Shown piece by piece: positions 52,627 to 62,100 of a stretch of 64,000 nucleotides of DNA. The stretch lies in assembly GCA_036833455.1 (NCBI GenBank), contig DAITPU010000001.1, positions 116,397-180,396 on the forward strand, given 5' to 3'. How positions within the stretch are numbered: the stretch's first letter is position 1; each line of letters starts with the position of its first letter. The notes beneath the pieces are model-generated. The model was given only the letters and a program-made list of their open reading frames with translations. It did not search any database and was not told the origin of the DNA. Origin of the DNA: a bacterium (GTDB lineage: Archaea; Nanobdellota; Nanobdellia; Pacearchaeales; GW2011-AR1). The translations under genes were made by a program, and so were the position numbers.

Positions 52627-53466
52627 TTATTCCCAATAAAAATTTAAACCAGCAGCTTTTTTTATTAAGCCTTTTCTATCCTCAGGTATATCTTTTCTCT
52701 TAGAATTCTTCAAGTAATTTTTTATTTTCTTTTCTTTTTTTTCTAATGAAATATTCGGATTCGTGTGTGGACCTCCAATACACCCTCCTTCACAAAATAA
52801 ACAATCAACAAATCTAATTTTAGATTTTTTATTTTTCAAAAATTTTTTGACGTTTTTTATTCCATCTATGCAAATAGATTCTTCTTTTTTAAGAACATTT
52901 TTTAGATGCGCTGTTTTAGAAAGAGCTCCACTTAGAGGGTATATTTTGGTATAATCGTTGTAAAATTTATCAAAAACTCTTTTTCTGGAAAACAAATTAT
53001 AAAATATTTTATTTTTTTCGACTAATAATTTAAACTCCTTAAAATCTATAAAATAATCCACCTGTCCTCTTTCTTGGATTTCCAATTTTTTAAAATTACA
53101 GGGTGAAAGAAAAACCACCTTATGTTCGGGAAAATGTTTTTTGCAAATTTTTGCCATTGCAATCATTGGGCTATCTATCTTTATCAAATTGTTTCTAAAT
53201 TCAGGAAAATTAGTTTTAACAAAAGAGACTATTCCTGGGCACGTAGAAGAAATAAAAAAACCTTTTTTATTTTTAAGGAGAGAATGATATTCTCTATTTA
53301 TCATTTTAGCTCCAAATGTAACTTCTACTACCTTATCAAACCCCAATCTTTTTGCTTTATATATTATTTCTGAAGGACCAAAATCACAAATAAAACTAGG
53401 GGCAACCATTAAAATAAACTTTTCCTTAAGCGGAAACTTAAATTTTAAAAAAGGATTCATTTTCAT
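52627..53466 (-). CDS. [FeFe]-hydrogenase H-cluster-domain-only protein (minimal HydA-like/Nar1-like)
   Basis: H-cluster motifs ISSTCPG (L1), FLSPCNFKKLE (L2), DCLFCEGGCIGGP (L3), plus N-terminal VAPSF...LGFDKVVEVTFGA. Confidence 0.6.
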   Translation of the reverse strand: MKMNPFLKFKFPLKEKFILMVAPSFICDFGPSEIIYKAKRLGFDKVVEVTFGAKMINREYHSLLKNKKGFFISSTCPGIVSFVKTNFPEFRNNLIKIDSPMIAMAKICKKHFPEHKVVFLSPCNFKKLEIQERGQVDYFIDFKEFKLLVEKNKIFYNLFSRKRVFDKFYNDYTKIYPLSGALSKTAHLKNVLKKEESICIDGIKNVKKFLKNKKSKIRFVDCLFCEGGCIGGPHTNPNISLEKKEKKIKNYLKNSKRKDIPEDRKGLIKKAAGLNFYWE

Positions 53467-53519
53467 TAAGATAATTAGAATGCAAAACTTTTAAAGGTTA
53501 TGAAATAAAATAATTATAT

Positions 53520-53594
53520 GCTCCGGTAACTCAGCCTGGATAGAGTGTCAGCCTTCTAAGCTGAAAGTCGCAGGTTCAAATCCTGTCCGGGGCA
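53520..53594 (+). tRNA. tRNA-Arg (anticodon TCT)
   Basis: GCTCCGG...TCAGC/CTTCTAA/GCTGA...GCAGG/TTCAAAT/CCTGT/CCGGGGC-A. Confidence 0.8.
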
Positions 53595-53599
53595 TTTTT

Positions 53600-54541
53600 T
53601 TAAATTTCTATCTTATCCAAATCCCTAGGCATTATTGTATCCTTAAAATTTTCCTTAACCTCTTGTAAAATTTCTTTAAAATTTTTTTCATGTCTAGAAG
53701 CAACATGGATTATTGCCAATTTTTTCACGTTAGCTTTTTTCGCAATCTTTGCAACTTGTTTGCTAGTTAAATGACCTTTCACCTTAGCTTCTTTTTCAAA
53801 AGAATCCATAAAAGTACATTCAGAAATAAGTAAATTTGAATTTTTAACAAAAGGGATTATCTTAGAATTTTCTCTTGTATCTGAAAGATAAGAAATTTTT
53901 AAATCATTTTCCTTAAAAGTCAAATCCTTTGCTTTATATTTTTTTCCTTCGACAAAGATATCTTTGCCTTCTTTTAAATCTCTTAAATATTTTCCGGAAG
54001 ATAATTTTTCTTTTTTCATTTTTTCTTTATCTATTCTTCTTAATCCTTTTTTAACAAAACTATAAGCCAAACAAGGGATACCATGGTCCATTTTTTCTGC
54101 TTCAAGATAAAAAAATTCATTTTCAAAAAATTTTCCTTCAACTTCTTCTACAAAAATAGAATAATTTTTTTGGAAAGGAAATAGTTCAAGAAATTTATGG
54201 AACTTTTCTCTAGTTCCAGTAGGACCATAAATATATAGCGGTTTATTATGTCCGGAAGAAGATAAAGTTGAAATAAGGCCAATTATGCCTAAAACATGAT
54301 CTCCATGCCAATGACTGATACAAATCCTAGTTACTTTTCCGGGGTTTAATCTTGCTTTCCTGAATTGCCTTTGAGTTCCTTCCCCACAATCAAATAAAAT
54401 ATTTTCTCCTTCATAATTTAACAAAACAGCAGAATGATTTCTTTTTAAACTTGGAATTTGATCTCCGGTCCCTAAAAAAATTAAATTTACCATAATTAAA
54501 AATAACTTTGAGAATTTAAATAGGTTACTTAAAGTTACCAC
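53600..54541 (-). CDS. rnz: ribonuclease Z (tRNA 3' endonuclease)
   Basis: FLGTGDQIPS...RNHSAVLL, ICISHWHGDH (HxHxDH), C-terminal IIHV. Confidence 0.8.
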   Translation of the reverse strand: MVTLSNLFKFSKLFLIMVNLIFLGTGDQIPSLKRNHSAVLLNYEGENILFDCGEGTQRQFRKARLNPGKVTRICISHWHGDHVLGIIGLISTLSSSGHNKPLYIYGPTGTREKFHKFLELFPFQKNYSIFVEEVEGKFFENEFFYLEAEKMDHGIPCLAYSFVKKGLRRIDKEKMKKEKLSSGKYLRDLKEGKDIFVEGKKYKAKDLTFKENDLKISYLSDTRENSKIIPFVKNSNLLISECTFMDSFEKEAKVKGHLTSKQVAKIAKKANVKKLAIIHVASRHEKNFKEILQEVKENFKDTIMPRDLDKIEI

Positions 54542-54598
54542 TATTTAAGATTTCTTTAGAATTCTACCCCGGCGAAAAATCTTAAGGGTGAACGCCAA

Positions 54599-54844
54599 TT
54601 ACCTAAGTGCAGTTGAAGCTGGAGAGATATAAATTATGGTATCTCCACGAAGAAAAGTCAACCCCAAACTTTTTCTATGGGTTCCATTTTCCATTTCCTT
54701 TACATTATCCATAACTAAATTTATATGGATATCGAAAGCAAGAAGAGTACCAACGAACTCTTTATCTCCTTTCAACCGAACTAAAACCTCTTTACCTTTA
54801 GAATTATTCAATAAATCCAAAGGTCTTTCGATTCCGTTTGCCAT
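54599..54844 (-). CDS. Sm-like archaeal protein (LSm/SmAP)
   Basis: Sm1 KEVLVRLKGDKEFVGTLLAFDIHINLVM, Sm2 LGLTFLRGDTIIYI. Confidence 0.8.
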   Translation of the reverse strand: MANGIERPLDLLNNSKGKEVLVRLKGDKEFVGTLLAFDIHINLVMDNVKEMENGTHRKSLGLTFLRGDTIIYISPASTALR

Positions 54845-54926
54845 ATTGAATTTGAATAAATCTTGTTTATAAATTTTTGTATATAAACCGAAATAATAAC
54901 GATAACCAAAACTTTATAAACCAAAA

Positions 54927-55304
54927 TTGAATTTCTGTTACATGAAATTAGGAAGAAAGATAACTGGCGGAAGGTATGTTAAAAGAAGTAAGAAAAAGAA
55001 AGACGAGAGACAAGGACAAAGAAGAATAGTTAAATTGGGAGAAGAAAAAAGAAAAACAAAAAGAATTAAAGGTGGGAACGTTAAAACATTTTTATTAAAA
55101 AGTAAGGAAATTAATTTAGAAGAAAACGGAAAAATAAAAAAAACTCAAATAAAAAATGTTATTGAAACTCCTTCAAATCGTTTCTTTGCGAGACAAAATA
55201 TTTTAACAAAAGGAACTATAGTAGAAACAGAATTAGGTAAAGCAAAGATAACAAATAGGCCTTCTCAAGAGGGAAATATTAATGGAACTTTAATAAAAAA
55301 TTAA
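54927..55304 (+). CDS. rps8e: 30S ribosomal protein S8e
   Basis: GRKITGGRY...RIKGGNVK...ETPSNRFFARQNILTKGTIVETELGKAKITNRPSQEGNINGTLI. Confidence 0.75.
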   Translation: MNFCYMKLGRKITGGRYVKRSKKKKDERQGQRRIVKLGEEKRKTKRIKGGNVKTFLLKSKEINLEENGKIKKTQIKNVIETPSNRFFARQNILTKGTIVETELGKAKITNRPSQEGNINGTLIKN

Positions 55305-57274
55305 TTGTTTATCTTAATGGGTTCCCATATAACTGTTATAGGAGATTTATTTGGGCTTATATCATAATTTTTTCTTTCTCTTAGGGGAGTTCTAGATCCG
55401 GGACTATCATAAAAATTAGCCAAATATCTTGATCTATCTGCCCAACTAATAAAAACCATATTATGACCTCCCGTGCTTGAACCCCTATTTTGATTATAAA
55501 CTTGGACTAAATCTCCTGGTTTTAAGTTATATTGAGATCTTGGGCAATCATAACATTTACCTGTTGAATCTATTTTACATCCGCAAGAAGAACAAGAAGG
55601 TTGTGATCTTTCCTTGCTTCCTTGAACAGAGTAAACACATCTAGGATTTAATTTTAATTCATCGTAAATGGAACGAACAGAAGTATAACAAGTATCTCCA
55701 CAAACAACCCCTATTTTTTTCTCGGCAAGATCTAAAATTGAAGGAAATTTGACCTGAGACTCAGAAGATTTCCTATACAAAGCCCCCCCAAATAAATAAT
55801 CTGTTTTTTGAATTCCAGATTTATCTTTAAAATTGGATAAAATCTCAGTTTCAACTTTTTTATAGTTCCCAGAAACTTTGAAAGGGAAATTTCCAAAATT
55901 AAAAATTACTTGTTCATTGGAATTGGATTTTCTTTCATAAAAATTTACGATGGATGAATCTTCTATATTTTCTATTTCTAATTTTGAAACAGAATTTTCA
56001 TTTGATATCACTTCAATGAAATTTCCTTCTTTAGCTAGTATTAAAATACCTTTTTTTGCATTAATTTCTCCTTGCGTCTCTAAATAAGAATCTAAATCAA
56101 AATTTCCAGAAGAATAATCCCTTTGTATAGAATTAATAAAATCTATATAAGGGCCATTGCTTTCTTTTCTTTCTTCTTTTAAAGAGGCTAATTCTTTTTT
56201 CAAAAAATCTTCTAAATCAAAATTAAGATTAGAATCATAGTTTTGTCTTAGTTTTTTCCTAAAATAACTAGAATATCCTAAAAAGTCTCCGCTTTCAACT
56301 ATGCAACTCTGAGAAAAACCAAAACAATCCTGTTTATTTTTAAAAAGACGAGTTTCTTTTTCTACAAAATACGTCAATATTTTTTTAGCACTTCTTCCTT
56401 CAGAAACAGTAAAGAGAGTATATTTGGATTTATTTCCTAAAACAACTCCGTTTTTATCTAATTTTAAAAATCCATCTATTTCTGCATATTCCTCTTCAGA
56501 AATAATTCTAACAAATTTATCTGCATACAATCCATTTTTAATAATGATTTCTTCTCCTCTTCTTTCTATTTTAAAATCCCCTTTATAATCCTCTCCCAAG
56601 ATATTTGCTCTTCCTGAAGACATGCTAAAATTTAATTTTGAATTTTCACCTATAATCACCTCTCCTAAATAAAAAAAGGGAATCCCTTCTTCTGATCCAA
56701 AATGATCCACAAATGAATTTGAAATATTAGTTCCATCTTCAAGCATAATTTTTCCAGAAGGAAAAATTTTAGCCCCCTTAAAAAGAGGATTTTCCAAAGG
56801 AAAATTTGTTGAGTCCTCTCCCTTTGTGGTTATCATCCTTCTTAGATTATCTCCAGATTCAATATAATATTGGACAATTTCTCCTCCTAAATCTTCGATT
56901 TCAAATGAGTTAAACCAAGTTTTTTTTATATTGGGATTTTCATTTAAAACGGAAAGTTCTTCTCTAGCTAAAAGATCTAATTTAATTAAAATTGAATCTG
57001 GGACTTTATCAAGATCCTCTTCTTTAGATAATAACTCTTCTAAAAGTTTTAAATCAAATTGTATTAAATCATTAGATTTTATATTTGAAAGATTTAATTC
57101 TCCTACTAAGAAAGTTTTTTCGAAGTCCGCCCAAGGAATTTCTTCTTCAGCAAAGATTAAGGAGAAATTTAAAATAAATAAAATTCCTAAAAAGACTATA
57201 AAAAAATTACGTTTCATTTTTCTCCCAAAAATATTTATTTGCAAAGGAATAAATAATTTGTTCTTTACTATCAT
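55301..57274 (-). CDS. large secreted protein with C-terminal NlpC/P60 (CHAP-clan) cysteine peptidase-like domain
   Basis: N-terminal signal/anchor. C-terminal Cys-rich region then KPGDLVQVYNQNRGSSTGGHNMVFIS (PGDLVFF...HVGIY-like). Confidence 0.45.
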   Translation of the reverse strand: MIVKNKLFIPLQINIFGRKMKRNFFIVFLGILFILNFSLIFAEEEIPWADFEKTFLVGELNLSNIKSNDLIQFDLKLLEELLSKEEDLDKVPDSILIKLDLLAREELSVLNENPNIKKTWFNSFEIEDLGGEIVQYYIESGDNLRRMITTKGEDSTNFPLENPLFKGAKIFPSGKIMLEDGTNISNSFVDHFGSEEGIPFFYLGEVIIGENSKLNFSMSSGRANILGEDYKGDFKIERRGEEIIIKNGLYADKFVRIISEEEYAEIDGFLKLDKNGVVLGNKSKYTLFTVSEGRSAKKILTYFVEKETRLFKNKQDCFGFSQSCIVESGDFLGYSSYFRKKLRQNYDSNLNFDLEDFLKKELASLKEERKESNGPYIDFINSIQRDYSSGNFDLDSYLETQGEINAKKGILILAKEGNFIEVISNENSVSKLEIENIEDSSIVNFYERKSNSNEQVIFNFGNFPFKVSGNYKKVETEILSNFKDKSGIQKTDYLFGGALYRKSSESQVKFPSILDLAEKKIGVVCGDTCYTSVRSIYDELKLNPRCVYSVQGSKERSQPSCSSCGCKIDSTGKCYDCPRSQYNLKPGDLVQVYNQNRGSSTGGHNMVFISWADRSRYLANFYDSPGSRTPLRERKNYDISPNKSPITVIWEPIKINN

Positions 57275-57956
57275 AATTAAAAATTAAAAGATAAACTACA
57301 TCTTCTTCAAAATAAAAAGTGTCAAAATAAAAATTATTTTTTTCTGATAAATCTGCCAAAAATCCCAATGGAACAAAAGAAGGATTTTTTTCTTGTTCAA
57401 ATAAAAAGTCCTTAATTAAGAGATAATTTCCATAAAAAGGGGAATTAAATTCAAACTTAAAATTTGTTATTTTAGTTGAAGCTTTTTCATTCTTTAAAGT
57501 TAAAGGATAGTTAATGTCTAATATAATTTTATTTTTAAATAAATTTGATTTAACAGAAATTTCTTCAAAAGAGATTGTGTAATCTGAATTAGTGATATTT
57601 TCCACACAATAGATTAGATTATTTTCTAAATAATTCGAAATGCTTCTTTCTAAAATAGTTTTATTTGGAGAAAAATCTTCCTTAATATACCAATAATAGG
57701 GTATCTTTCTTCCAAGAAAATCTCTACTTAAATTAGGAGGAGAATAATACCCTCCTCTTAGCCCTATCTCTTCTAATCCCTCAAAAAGAACTTTTTCAAC
57801 ACAAAAAGAAATTTGATTGGTTAAGGAATTTATTTTTGGAGAAAAAATATTTTTTATGTTTAATTCTGCTCTAAAAGAAAATAATAAAATAAAAATTCCA
57901 ATTAATAATATTGAAATTATTATAAAAATGCTTATTTGAGCTTTTTTATTCAACAT
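57207..57956 (-). CDS. secreted/membrane-anchored hypothetical protein
   Basis: N-terminal hydrophobic anchor; 249 aa. Confidence 0.3.
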   Translation of the reverse strand: MLNKKAQISIFIIISILLIGIFILLFSFRAELNIKNIFSPKINSLTNQISFCVEKVLFEGLEEIGLRGGYYSPPNLSRDFLGRKIPYYWYIKEDFSPNKTILERSISNYLENNLIYCVENITNSDYTISFEEISVKSNLFKNKIILDINYPLTLKNEKASTKITNFKFEFNSPFYGNYLLIKDFLFEQEKNPSFVPLGFLADLSEKNNFYFDTFYFEEDVVYLLIFNYDSKEQIIYSFANKYFWEKNET

Positions 57957-58003
57957 TAACTAAAAAAACGAGATAAATATTTAAACTTACCTTAAAGAAG
58001 TTT

Positions 58004-58020
58004 ACCGAAAGCTTTATAAA
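58004..58020 (+). promoter_or_regulatory. BRE/TATA promoter of tfb (cgaaagc-TTTATAAA), about 40 nt upstream of the ATG
   Basis: Purine-rich BRE followed by TTTATAAA; spacing implies a short leader. Confidence 0.45.
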
Positions 58021-58060
58021 AGAATTTCATTTATAAACTTTACTACAAGGTTATTCTAAA

Positions 58061-59008
58061 ATGTCGAACATAAAAAAATGCCCAGAATGTGGAAGCATTC
58101 ATTTAAATTATGATTCTCATCTTGGAGAAGTTATATGTAATGATTGCGGACTAGTTGTCGAAGATAAAATGGTTGACACTGGAATTGATTTATCTGGAAA
58201 ATTCGATAAAGGTGAAAAACAAGGAAGAGGAGGGGCTCCAATTTCTATGCAAAAATTTGATAAAGGTTTAACTACTAATGTTGGAGAAATTTCAGATATT
58301 TATAGGCTTGAACCAAAACAAACAAGAAAATTTTTAAGATTAAAAAAATGGCAAGAAAGAGTTTCAACTTCCATAGAAAGAAATTTAAGACTTGCTATGG
58401 CTGAATTAAGAGTTATTGCTTCTTATCTAGATTTATCTAATGTTGTAAGAGATGAAGCTGCAAGAATCTACAATTACGTTTTACAAAGAGGTTTGGTTAG
58501 AGGTAGATCTATGGAATCTGTAATTGCTGCTTGTTTATATGCGGCTTGTCGTTCTTATAATATTCCAAGAACTCTTGATGAAATGGCAACAGCATCAGAT
58601 GTTGAAAGAAAAGAAATAGGAAGAACCTATCGTTTTATAATTAGAAAATTGGGTATAAAAGTAAAACAATCCTCTCCCAAAGATTACATTTCTAGATTCT
58701 CTTCTGTATTAAAATTATCTCCTGCAACGCAAAATGATGCTTTAGAAATTTTAGATAAGGCAAAAGATGTTGAATTAACTTCAGGAAGAGGTCCAGCTGG
58801 AATTGCTGCTGCTGCACTTTATGTTGCAGCTTTGATGAACGATGAAAAAAAGACTCAAAGAGAAGTTGCAGATATTGCAGGAATTACAGAAGTAACTATA
58901 AGAAACAGATACAAAGAATTAATTGAAAAATTAAGTTTAGAAGATAAAATAAAACAAAAAGAAGTAGAATCTAAAGAGAAAAAAGCTCTGAAAAAAAGTA
59001 ATTCTTAA
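58061..59008 (+). CDS. tfb: transcription initiation factor IIB (TFB)
   Basis: Zn ribbon CPECGS...CNDCGLV, B-reader/linker, two cyclin-fold repeats (RGRSMESVIAACLYAACR...; GRGPAGIAAAALYVAAL). Confidence 0.9.
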   Translation: MSNIKKCPECGSIHLNYDSHLGEVICNDCGLVVEDKMVDTGIDLSGKFDKGEKQGRGGAPISMQKFDKGLTTNVGEISDIYRLEPKQTRKFLRLKKWQERVSTSIERNLRLAMAELRVIASYLDLSNVVRDEAARIYNYVLQRGLVRGRSMESVIAACLYAACRSYNIPRTLDEMATASDVERKEIGRTYRFIIRKLGIKVKQSSPKDYISRFSSVLKLSPATQNDALEILDKAKDVELTSGRGPAGIAAAALYVAALMNDEKKTQREVADIAGITEVTIRNRYKELIEKLSLEDKIKQKEVESKEKKALKKSNS

Positions 59009-59020
59009 AACTAGTATAAA

Positions 59021-59103
59021 TAAAAATGCGGGAGACAGGATTCGAACCTGCGCAGGAATTCACCACTGGAGCCTAAATCCAGCCCGTTTGACCACTCCGG
59101 CAC
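59021..59103 (-). tRNA. tRNA-Leu (anticodon TAG), long variable arm
   Basis: Minus-strand read GCGGGGG...CTGGA/TTTAGGC/TCCAG + 14-nt variable arm + GCAGG/TTCGAAT/CCTGT/CTCCCGC-A. Confidence 0.8.
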
Positions 59104-59167
59104 CCCCGCATAAAAATAATCTAATAAGGGAGTATAAAAACTCTTCGGAGAATTATATTTGATTATT

Positions 59168-62100
59168 TTATCCGCAATGGATAAATCCAAAATAATCTGA
59201 ATCGGATTTTACTTCAGAAATTTCAACTTCAGCTTGAGATACACTATCCTTTAAATTCCCCCCTATTAAACTAAGAGAATTACTCTTAATTTCAACTACT
59301 ATATCGCAGTGAGATTTTCCAGACCTAACTGAATCGTAATTTGTCGGACAACCCTCTTCTCTACACTTACAAATTATATCTCCTTCTTGAATTTTATCAA
59401 TCTCGGAAATCCTATAGGTCTTACAACCATAATTAGAAGGATTATCTCTTAAAGTTGAAAAATATCTTGCATGTGCAGAATCGAATGGAAAATTAAAATT
59501 TGATTCTTTTACAATACTTGAAATAAATGCTGCAGACCAAGCAGTACCTCTACAATCCCAATTTGAAAGCAATGCATCGTCATAATATTTTTTTAAATAA
59601 GTTTTTCCTAACTCACTACATTCATCTAATTTTCCATACTCCCATTTTGAATATTCTCTAAGAGCAATTGTAGCAATTTTATTGCTCCCTCCTCTGGAAG
59701 ATTTTTTTACAAACTCTTGTGCAAAATTCATTACTTTTTCAACGTAATCTGTATCTGATCCAGAGCCACATCCCCACCCATTATATCCTCTAAGAGCTGC
59801 ACGCCACTCAGTATATCCTGCGTATTTAGGGTAAGTTTTTATGCATTCATCTACCAATTTTTTAAAACTTGAACTTCCTTTCAGATAAGTCGAAGATGCT
59901 TTCACACCAAATTTATACTCATTATATTTTTCAAGTAGAATCCTAGCTCCAACTTCTATACTTAATTCAGGATTGTTTAATAATTGATTTTTACAATCAT
60001 TCTCATTTTTAACCAAACCATATTTTCCACACCATACATTTGGCATTACTTGTGTTATTCCATGAGCCCCTCTGTTTGAAACGGCATTAACATTACATCC
60101 AGATTCTTGATTGGATAATGCAACTAAAATTGAAAAAGGAACTCCTGTCTTTTCAGAAACTTTAAAAAAGAGATCTTTATAATTTATACAACGAGAATTC
60201 ACCGAAGACCAATCATACTCTTCAAGAGAAATTTCTTCTTCAGGTAATATTTCTTCTTCCCCTTCTTCAGGAGGAATTGTAATTTCTGAATCTTCTATTT
60301 CAAACTGATCGTAATTAAATATCATTGCAGATCCAAGATAAAAATTCTTTTCATTTCCTAATCTTAAAACTAAAGATTCTATTATCTTTGGCATTTCTAT
60401 TTGCTTTTTTCCAGAAATCTTTTTTTCAATAGTTCCACTTTTCTTCCAAGATTTTTCATCATAACTCCAAAGCCATTCTCCAGAATCAGGAGAAGTGTTT
60501 GGTCTTTCTCCTTCATATCTAATAATATTTCCATATCTAAAATAAATTTTTTTTATGTCCGGTAAATCTTCTATAACAAAAATTCCATCGTGACCCATGT
60601 TAACTCCATTATTAACTCCAACTAAATCTGGATATGTATTTCCTGGCCTCAATGATCCTAATAGCCATTTCCCCTCTTTATCTTCAATAGTTCTATCTAT
60701 TAACAAAGTTAATCCTTCTAAATAATTTTTTCCTTTTATCTTATTTAAATAATCTTGGTTTCTTTTATTTAGATCTGGATTTATATATTGGCTCACATTT
60801 TTCCAGTTATTTTCTCCCCAAATTCTCCAAAACCATTCTCCTTGTGAAAATGAATACATAATGTTATTGGGTTTTAGAGTAGTCAATCCATCTTCGAAAA
60901 CTAAAACGGAATAGCTATAAATAGGAAGAATTTTATCAATTTCTTCTTCAGGTAATTCTTCTTCCTTTTCTTGTTTGTCTGGATCTACAAGTATTGGCTC
61001 ATCTAATAATTTAAAAGACTCTTTAGCCAGATCTCCGAATGCAATTCCCTTTAAAAGATACAAATATCCTCTCTGATTAGAATAATAAACTTTGCTCAAA
61101 ATTCCATCAATTCTTTTTATTCTTTCCATTGGATGAAGGTTTCCCTCCATAATCTCCTTAACAAATTCTTCAAATTCAAATTTCTCCATATAGTTTCCTT
61201 CTTTTCTTAATTTTTCAATAAAATTTTCAGTCAAATTTTTTAAAGCAGTATCGGAAGTAATTTCAAACTCAGCAGCCTGTTTAATGCTTTCAGTATCCAC
61301 CCAACATTTAATATTTGGATCTCCACAATAACCAACTTCCATCCACCTCCCAGAAAGAAGTGAATTTCCTGGAACTTGGGAAGAACAGATTCTAATTAAA
61401 CCATTCTTATAAACCTCAGTATTTAGGACGTTATCAATTCCTTCTTGTATATTTGGATTCAATAAATTATAAGCACTCATACTTCCAGAGATACATTCCT
61501 TTTCTGTCTTTATATCTTCTTTCGTTGATTGAGAAAGCAGATATTGGTCTTTCAAATAATTAGCTGCAAAACTTGATGTGACTTGTTTAAATCCACATTT
61601 TTCTAAATTATTTATTCGAACACAAAGTTGCTTAAATCCGGAAGCAGCAGTAAAATCAATAGTTTCAGAAGCATATTTTCCTGCAGCGATATATCCAGAT
61701 CCAACATTTCTTATTCCAAATTGAGTATCTTGATAATATGAACTCCCCTCACTTCCCTTTAAATAAACTTGGTAATATGCCCCTTGATCATTTCCAGCAA
61801 AGATATGATAATAAACCTTATACTGACTCATAGGAGGAACTGTTGCACTAGAATATTCTATCTCTTCAAATCTTGCATTAAACTGAGAAGGACTGTCAGG
61901 TTGAACTAAAGTACTAAGCGATCCAAATGAAGAAGGATAAACTACCGAAACAAAATTTTTACAAACACTCGCTCCAATTTGATCTGTACTCCTGGCTTTA
62001 AATGCATTAAAAGAATTTACTCCATAAAAATTTACAAAGTAATTTATTGAATCTTCTGTATTTTTCCAAGCATTTTGCAATGTTAAATATTCTCCTCCTC

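Noticed and set aside
6346-57287. Short antisense or overlapping ORFs (e.g. 6346-6561, 6578-6790, 9254-9469, 10590-10931, 11139-11516, 12051-12245, 12189-12583, 16182-16454, 16613-16804, 23539-23745, 32599-32811, 34104-34679, 36189-36416, 37517-37822, 38358-38609, 42646-42843, 43581-43787, 45115-45306, 47010-47234, 49458-50021, 50616-50849, 51354-51551, 52763-52954, 53122-53373, 54636-54872, 56931-57287)
   Set aside because: Each is embedded in or antisense to a longer ORF with clear conserved motifs. Their compositions (F/L/S-rich or K-rich) are typical of shadow frames in AT-rich DNA
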